From Acidobacteriota bacterium (GTDB taxonomy: Bacteria; Acidobacteriota; UBA6911): a stretch of 64,000 nt of DNA. Position 1 is the stretch's first letter. Every line of letters starts with the position of its first letter. The stretch is from NCBI GenBank assembly GCA_963664705.1, contig OY761556.1:704001-768000 (forward strand), in the 5' to 3' direction. Positions 58,198 through 64,000 of this stretch are shown in pieces. The position numbers were made by a program, and so were the translations under genes. A model generated the notes under the pieces. The model did not search any database. It saw nothing but the letters and a program-made list of their open reading frames with translations, and had not been told where the DNA came from.

Positions 58198-60225
58198 CTA
58201 GGCGTTGCCCAGTTTGCCTCTTGCTGCCATGGTGTCGGCCATTTTCTTCATGCCGTAACCTTCCAGGGTTTTCCTGGTCGGCCAGCCATGTTCTTTGTCC
58301 CAGCCTTCCAGTGCATAGTAATGATCTTTGAAATCATTGACCCCCTTTCGATCCATGAACATCTCGGGGGCCAGGTCGGAACGCCACTTGCCGTTTTCGT
58401 AGATCGGAACGCCGCCCCAGAAGGTCATGCCGGAGGCGCCGGGCTTGTACATAAATGGAGCGAGGTCTTCGGTCTGACGGCTTCTGCCATGCATGACGCG
58501 AATCGCGCGTTCCAAAGTCCAGATCTTCTGGCCGATCCGAATGGTATCGGCAAAAGAGTCCTTCTTCCCTGTAACCGCGGCATAGTACTTCATTTCGACA
58601 TCGGGGCTCAGCGTTTCAAGCGTAGGCAGGAACATTTCGCAGAAAGCCATCGATTCGTTCCAGAAGGAAGCATAATGGCGGCTCCAGGCAACTTCTTTGG
58701 CCTTATGCGGCGAATAGATCCCGGTTTTCCAGGCTTCTTCGCCCTTCCACGCGTAGTTGAACATGAAGATATCGTCGGTATAAGGGATGGTTTTCTTCGA
58801 CAGTTTGGTCAAAGATTCCTCGAGCGTACCCTCTCTGGGGGCCCCAACCGCGGTAACCAATCCGTGCCAGCTTGGATCGCCTGCGCCGAGCATGTAGTTG
58901 TAGGCCCATTCGGCGCTGGGTAGCGTCCAGTGACCGGTGGCGCCCCATGCCGGGAAGCGCAAAGCTCCGCTTTCCAGATCCTTTTCCAGCCGTCCCCATT
59001 TCTGGGCGGCACGCATACAGCCCTCTGCCAGGATATCGCCAATGCCTGTGCGGCGCGAAATGGCATCCAGCATGGCTTCTCTGAATGACAGCTCACCCCA
59101 CTGATCGAGCGGCAGTGGAGCCGAATCGATTCGTTTGCCGGGGCCGAGATCGCCGATCTCATAGAGGTACCGGAGGTACCATCCGATTCCGGTTTCCACC
59201 GGCACCTGCTTGTGGAAAAATTCTGGCGCGCCTGGGATATCGGAAACAAACAGGCCGAGGAAGTGAGCGGACCAGCCGCTGGCTCCATACCGCATCAGGG
59301 CTTGGGCTGCCAAATCCTTGGCGGTATCGCCGCGATCGCTGAGCCAATGCTGATCGACGCACATGGTTTCGCCGGCGTTATAGGAATTCCTGCGCCGATC
59401 GGCCCGGAGGCACGGGTTGCAGGAAGCGGATCCGGCGCCGGCAGGCGCGAAGCTCCCGGTGACAAGCCCGCCGCCTGTCATCTGCCACAGCCTTGCGTCC
59501 AGGATAGCCTTGGGATTGGCAACCCGAACGTTGCCGCTGCCTGTTACGCTGATGGCCTTGAGGTTCTTGGCGCCAAAGACCGCGCCATAGCCGCCGATGC
59601 GTGCGCTGACTCCGCTGCCATGAATAAGAGAGGCCAGCCTCGATTTCGCTTCGCCCACTGGACCGATGCAGACAATCTGCGGTATGCCGGTGGTATAGGA
59701 TTCGCCGAGCTTCTGCCATTCTTCGCCATAACGTGTTCTGCCGCCGACCATGGATGCGATCCGGGTCTGTGTTTCCCAGGTGTCCATGCCCCAAAGCTCT
59801 TTGGCATCTTCAATTTTAACCTGGTCATTGATGATGTTGATCCAAACCGGTTTTTCGGCTTTGCCTTCCACGACCACGCCGTCCCAGCCGGCTTGCTTCA
59901 TCATCGTGCCGAAACGGCCCCCGAAGTTGCCTCGCCAGAACTCGCAGGTTGGAAACGTTTCCGGAGAAATGCCGCAGATGTTGGTTCTGCCGGCTCCTGG
60001 AACGCCTGTAGCTGCCAGCGGGCCCGCCATGATGGGAAGAACATGTCGCGGGTCATAGGGATCCTTCAAATCCCAGTCGCCGGGAGCGACCGCAAGATCC
60101 CAGAAGATGGCGGCGCCCATGCCATAGCCGCCACCGAATTCCTCATATTTAGCGGTATCGATCGTGCTGGTTTGTTTCGTCGTCAGATTGACTCGCAGTA
60201 TCTTTCCTGTAAATCCGTTAGCCAT
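58198..60225 (-). CDS. Aldehyde:ferredoxin oxidoreductase family (W/Mo-pterin) protein
   Basis: GFTGKILRVNL, MKQAGWDG, CIGPVGE, GAVFGAKNLKAI, YYALEGWD...PTRKTL. Confidence 0.9.
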   Translation of the reverse strand: MANGFTGKILRVNLTTKQTSTIDTAKYEEFGGGYGMGAAIFWDLAVAPGDWDLKDPYDPRHVLPIMAGPLAATGVPGAGRTNICGISPETFPTCEFWRGNFGGRFGTMMKQAGWDGVVVEGKAEKPVWINIINDQVKIEDAKELWGMDTWETQTRIASMVGGRTRYGEEWQKLGESYTTGIPQIVCIGPVGEAKSRLASLIHGSGVSARIGGYGAVFGAKNLKAISVTGSGNVRVANPKAILDARLWQMTGGGLVTGSFAPAGAGSASCNPCLRADRRRNSYNAGETMCVDQHWLSDRGDTAKDLAAQALMRYGASGWSAHFLGLFVSDIPGAPEFFHKQVPVETGIGWYLRYLYEIGDLGPGKRIDSAPLPLDQWGELSFREAMLDAISRRTGIGDILAEGCMRAAQKWGRLEKDLESGALRFPAWGATGHWTLPSAEWAYNYMLGAGDPSWHGLVTAVGAPREGTLEESLTKLSKKTIPYTDDIFMFNYAWKGEEAWKTGIYSPHKAKEVAWSRHYASFWNESMAFCEMFLPTLETLSPDVEMKYYAAVTGKKDSFADTIRIGQKIWTLERAIRVMHGRSRQTEDLAPFMYKPGASGMTFWGGVPIYENGKWRSDLAPEMFMDRKGVNDFKDHYYALEGWDKEHGWPTRKTLEGYGMKKMADTMAARGKLGNA

Positions 60226-60240
60226 CTTTCTTCTCCTTCC

Positions 60241-60978
60241 CTATGATTTCGGCGCCGGTTTGGCGCTTGGCGTTCCTGGCTTGCGTGCCGGCATCTTTGG
60301 ACGCGGCGGCTCGAGATTAACGTCGTACCCGGATACGTCCTCTTGCGGAGGCGCTTCATGCACCAGCTTGAGAGCCTTGGACGGGCAGATCGTAACGCAT
60401 GCCGGTTCTCCGTTGGGACCGCCCTTTTTGCTCCAGTTGGGCGCATCAATGCACAGGTCGCATTTGGAGGATTTGTTTTTGTACGGATTCCAGACAGTCC
60501 GATGCGGTCGCTGCGGGCAGGATTGGATACACATCTTGCAGCCCACGCACTTTTCCTGGTCGATCACACGGACATTGCCGTGTTCCGCATCCACGTGCGC
60601 CGCTCCAGTAGGACAATTCTGAACGCAGAGCGGTGAAACGCACTGCCGGCAGGGAGCCATTACAACATCGAACGGATATTTCGTAAACGATGGCGCATCC
60701 CGGATGATCTGGATGCGGGACAGGGTCGGATTTGCCTCTCCCTGGTGGCTGGTTGAACAGGCAAACATGCAGCTCTGACAGCCCCAACATAGACGGCTAT
60801 CGTAGACAATATATCCCGTGGATGCAGGATAGGATACCGATGCAGGCGAAGCTGCGGCCGCAGTTCCCGGAACGCTGACCGTCAGCGCTCCAGCCGCCAG
60901 AGCGGCCCCGCTGCCGACCAGAAATTCGCGCCGGAGTACCATCTTTTTCTTGCTTTCGGCTTTTTCGGATTCAGCCAT
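60241..60978 (-). CDS. 4Fe-4S dicluster electron-transfer subunit with twin-arginine signal
   Basis: LRREFLVG Tat motif; DmsB-like Cys clusters (CWGCQSCMFAC, CRQC..PLCVQNCP, CVGCKMCIQSCP, KCDLC...CVTICP); GGAGA SD before ATG 60978. Confidence 0.9.
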   Translation of the reverse strand: MAESEKAESKKKMVLRREFLVGSGAALAAGALTVSVPGTAAAASPASVSYPASTGYIVYDSRLCWGCQSCMFACSTSHQGEANPTLSRIQIIRDAPSFTKYPFDVVMAPCRQCVSPLCVQNCPTGAAHVDAEHGNVRVIDQEKCVGCKMCIQSCPQRPHRTVWNPYKNKSSKCDLCIDAPNWSKKGGPNGEPACVTICPSKALKLVHEAPPQEDVSGYDVNLEPPRPKMPARKPGTPSAKPAPKS

Positions 60979-61277
60979 AGAGCAGTCTCCTAATGAGTGA
61001 ATAAATACAATGGAGGTTTGGGTTACAGGACTCCAGGCTGCATTGACGCAGACACGTACGCCTAAGCCTTGAGCCGATAGATTAATTTGTCTGTTGTTAT
61101 GATGCCCGCGTGCGGCATAAACCACACTATTGCCAAAATTCTGTCCCTCTGTTTAAAAAAGAGACATATTAATACAAAAAATAACAAAATAAACCAAATT
61201 AGAACAGTGTGGCGGGTTGTTGGGGCGGGAAGGATAATAGCTCAATTGGCCTATGGTATTAGCCAAATGGCAAATTT

Positions 61278-61318
61278 CATGGGATTCGTGGCAAAAACCG
61301 AAGCCGCGAATCCCATGA
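61278..61318. terminator. Hairpin downstream of the cupin gene
   Basis: tcatgggattcgtggc ... gccgcgaatcccatga. Confidence 0.6.
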
Positions 61319-61328
61319 TGTTCCGGAC

Positions 61329-61919
61329 CTATTTCTTTTTGGATCGAATAGACATTTCTTCTGAAACCCTGGCATCAATGAACACCAGCGGTTTGCCGAC
61401 GCGCTTGATGACCAACGGGCAGTGGGGAGTATTTGCGGGAATGAAGAAATAGCAGGGATAATTGATCTTTCGAACCTTGTCTCCCAGCAGCATTTCGCAG
61501 TCCGCATCAAATTCGAGGAAATTTTTCGAATTTCCGCCGATCAGGAATATCCATTGATCGTGAGGGTGGGAATGAGTGTCGCCGCCCAACGTGTCCGGCG
61601 TGGTGATGTAGGCGAATCCTACCGCAAGGTTGGATTCAGGAATATCCTTAGCGCCCCAGGATGTGATCATCGGGGAGGTGATCGTTTTGTGAATGGACCT
61701 CCACGGCTTGAATTCGACAACGCCGGGTTCGCGGACGACATTCTCCAGCTTGCTCATGTCCATCTTGTCGTTGTAAGTAGGCTTTTGAGGGCTGGCAACA
61801 GCTGCCGAATTCAGCGTGGACAGCACGCTGGCAAATGCCATACCGGCTGCGCCTGCGGAAACGTTTTGAAAGAAATCCCTGCGGCTCGAGTTTTTCTTGT
61901 CGAACTCATCAAAATTCAT
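61329..61919 (-). CDS. Tat-exported cupin-like protein
   Basis: SSRRDFF Tat motif; HSHPHDQ and IPANTPHCP cupin motifs. Confidence 0.8.
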   Translation of the reverse strand: MNFDEFDKKNSSRRDFFQNVSAGAAGMAFASVLSTLNSAAVASPQKPTYNDKMDMSKLENVVREPGVVEFKPWRSIHKTITSPMITSWGAKDIPESNLAVGFAYITTPDTLGGDTHSHPHDQWIFLIGGNSKNFLEFDADCEMLLGDKVRKINYPCYFFIPANTPHCPLVIKRVGKPLVFIDARVSEEMSIRSKKK

Positions 61920-62079
61920 TGGTTCCTCCCTTTACGAGAATGTTATGAGGTGCTTGCGTATACAGAACCGAATCGCAAAATCCTACCCGGTTCTCAGCTT
62001 TATGCCATGATTGGGGACGATATTGCACCTAAAATCGGGGAAGCCACAATAGATTCCGGATCTCATGTTTTAGTTTCGG

Positions 62080-63648
62080 TTACGGCAGATCAAGCATCTG
62101 CCGCCAGCCCAATCCGGGAGAATCTGCGGTTCTGGTTCCGGCGATATTGCCTTGATTATCCATCCAGTGGTAATCGGAGTAGTTTTCTATCTTATACTGC
62201 CTGCCGCTTGCCGGATCGACGACATCAACCGTTCCGAGAATGGCATTTTCGCGTTTGCGGGATATCTCATCGTAGGTGGCCTGTCGTTGGTTATATCCGT
62301 TAACAATGATGTCGGACGTGGCACGCAGATCTTCCTGAATGGCTCGCAGCGCGCGCTGCTGGATCTGTTGGCTGCGTGCGTAGTCCTGCTGAACCGCCGC
62401 TGCCGAAATTTGCCTTTGGCGGTTTTCCCATCCCGGATCCAGCCGGAATGAAGATGCGACTTTCTCGCAGACGGCTTTGGCCGGCTGTATGGATTGAGTG
62501 GGCGCCAGGACTCCGAAGAGATTCTCCACGTACCACAGGCCCCCCTGCATGGAAGAATAGGCGACACGCGTCACTGCGGCGACGTACCCTTCCAGGGAAC
62601 GCCCGTTCACCGTACAAGAAAAGGCAACTTCCCCTGCCGTGGTCTCGACGCGTGCAATGCCGGGAACCATTTGGGAAGGCGCTGCCAATTTGGTGAGTTC
62701 CGGGCGATTGCCGGTTGAAAGAATGCGGAGGTTCTGACACTGGCCGCGCATTGTATTCTCAACATAGTCTCTTGCGAATTGTTCACCCGAGAGATAGCCT
62801 CGAATCAGCAGTTTGCTGCCATCACCCAGCGTCGTATAAGTGCCTTCGCGCATTCCTAGCTGGGAATACATCGGTGTCGGGAGGGTAAAGGCAGGGATAT
62901 TGGCGTCCCCGTAAAGGATCCGGACTTGCCCGTCCGGGGAAAAGAGGTTCACCCCTTTGCGGATGTCGGTTGCAGTGAAGCGATAAGCTCCACCAAGGGC
63001 TTTCCAGCCTTCCGGCACGGCAAGGGTGAAGGCACTTTCGTTCGGATCCATCCATTGGACATATTTGGGCGAAGCGGCAAACCCGCTATTGATGGGTGCC
63101 TGTTTTTCGGTGGCGCTTTCGATGCGGAAGCTTTCAAAAACTCGTGCGAACATATCTGCGGAAGTCCGATAGCTGCTCGCGGGTGCCGACGAGGCATAGA
63201 CGCATACCTGGGCTCCAATCGGCTTATTGGTCCACGTGAGCAGCAGGACGCCTTTGCGCTGAGCCCCTCGGGCGGTTAGGCGGACAAAATTGGAGGTATT
63301 TTCCGGCGGGCCCCAGGCGGCTTGTGGATCCAGCCTGGGAGCGATTTGCCTGGCAAGCATGCCGGCGGAATTTGCATCCAGCTGTTGCTGAGGAAGAAAT
63401 GTCGGCCAGATTGCCGACTGTTCGCCCTGGGTGCCTTGTACCAGGATTCGCCCGGTCTGTTTCTCTGTACGGACATTCCACCCGGCCGGAATCGCGATGG
63501 TAAAGCCGGCGGAATCTCGGTGAGTGCTCCAGCCGCTCGGCAGTCCGGATGTCGTTTTGGCGGCAGATGGGGCTGTCGTGTTCTGTTCAGCGGAAAAATT
63601 GCAGGATGCTCCCAAAAGAAGGAGCAGAAGACAGGCAAATGGCTTCAT
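62080..63648 (-). CDS. Hypothetical lipoprotein with duplicated PsbP-like segments
   Basis: Lipobox LLGASC; FTIAIPAGW and FTLAVPEGW repeats; C-terminal helical region. Confidence 0.7.
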   Translation of the reverse strand: MKPFACLLLLLLGASCNFSAEQNTTAPSAAKTTSGLPSGWSTHRDSAGFTIAIPAGWNVRTEKQTGRILVQGTQGEQSAIWPTFLPQQQLDANSAGMLARQIAPRLDPQAAWGPPENTSNFVRLTARGAQRKGVLLLTWTNKPIGAQVCVYASSAPASSYRTSADMFARVFESFRIESATEKQAPINSGFAASPKYVQWMDPNESAFTLAVPEGWKALGGAYRFTATDIRKGVNLFSPDGQVRILYGDANIPAFTLPTPMYSQLGMREGTYTTLGDGSKLLIRGYLSGEQFARDYVENTMRGQCQNLRILSTGNRPELTKLAAPSQMVPGIARVETTAGEVAFSCTVNGRSLEGYVAAVTRVAYSSMQGGLWYVENLFGVLAPTQSIQPAKAVCEKVASSFRLDPGWENRQRQISAAAVQQDYARSQQIQQRALRAIQEDLRATSDIIVNGYNQRQATYDEISRKRENAILGTVDVVDPASGRQYKIENYSDYHWMDNQGNIAGTRTADSPGLGWRQMLDLP

Positions 63649-63781
63649 GAAATCATCTCCGGGCAAGATTCTGTTATGCAGATGCACTTCTTCTTTTCGT
63701 TGTAAGAGAGCATATCGGCAATTGGGGCCAAGACCTTCATATTCCGGAGTGCGGGTTTACTGCAGGAGCGTTCCGCCCGTC

Positions 63782-63836
63782 GATTCCAGATTCCCAATTG
63801 CAATCCGCAATCAGAAATCTGGAATCCGGAATCTGT
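63782..63836. repeat. Heptanucleotide repeat tract in inverted arrangement
   Basis: GATTCCA GATTCCC ... AATCCGC AATCAGA AATCTGG AATCCGG AATCTG. Confidence 0.65.
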
Positions 63837-63839
63837 CAG

Positions 63840-64000
63840 CTATTTCCAGGCGTCAATAGAGACCCCTTGACCGGTCATGAAATCGGTGATGAACCAGACG
63901 CTTGCCGTGCTGCCTCCGACCACAATCGTCCGGATATTTCTGGGATTGGGCAGGTGTTTGATCAATGCATCATTCGATACTTTCTGCCATCCGGCATAGG
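63840..64000 (-). CDS. 3' end of a gene that runs in from beyond the window (…IRTIVVGGSTASVWFITDFMTGQGVSIDAWK*)
   Basis: 53 codons read by hand, ending in TAG at 63840; protein-like composition. Confidence 0.65.
   Translation of the reverse strand, partial: YAGWQKVSNDALIKHLPNPRNIRTIVVGGSTASVWFITDFMTGQGVSIDAWK

Noticed and set aside
1-64000. CRISPR arrays, tRNA/rRNA, transposases, integrases, selenocysteine read-through
   Set aside because: None seen on manual reading; a covariance-model or repeat scan would be needed to exclude them formally

Overview
Bacterial chromosomal segment, roughly 53-55% GC by eye, from a diderm (Tat and PEP-CTERM exported proteins; the gene content suggests Acidobacteriota, which is an inference). 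Main blocks: (1) Fe-S proteins at 1-2.2 kb. (2) A co-oriented minus-strand island at 4.7-26.5 kb: two 2-domain multicopper-oxidase (MCO)-like proteins with complementary, incomplete copper-ligand sets, a 3045-aa secreted protein with ligand-less cupredoxin domains, a LolA-like protein, a SCO copper chaperone, a monoheme cytochrome c/solute-binding fusion, an FKBP PPIase, an FN3-repeat protein and a Crp/Fnr regulator. Three of its transcription units carry the palindrome TGTTCA-N4-TGAACA at the same distance from a -10-like hexamer. (3) Envelope and membrane genes at 27-34 kb. (4) An assimilatory sulfate reduction cluster at 34.4-45.4 kb, preceded by an unannotated, apparently leaderless 34-aa peptide with three tandem Cys codons (candidate cysteine attenuator). 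(5) A complete MofA/OmpB-like MCO with FN3 domains, a PEP-CTERM protein and an orphan CusB. (6) Rubredoxin, FMN riboswitch-ribBA, and a PerR-rubrerythrin-RFO-DUF3501 oxidative-stress operon. (7) A divergent aldehyde:ferredoxin oxidoreductase with a Tat-signal Fe-S partner, a Tat cupin and a lipoprotein. No rRNA, tRNA, CRISPR array or transposase was seen. The best candidate for a new system is a split, heteromeric multicopper oxidase with its own Crp-type regulon. The second best is the polycysteine leader peptide.
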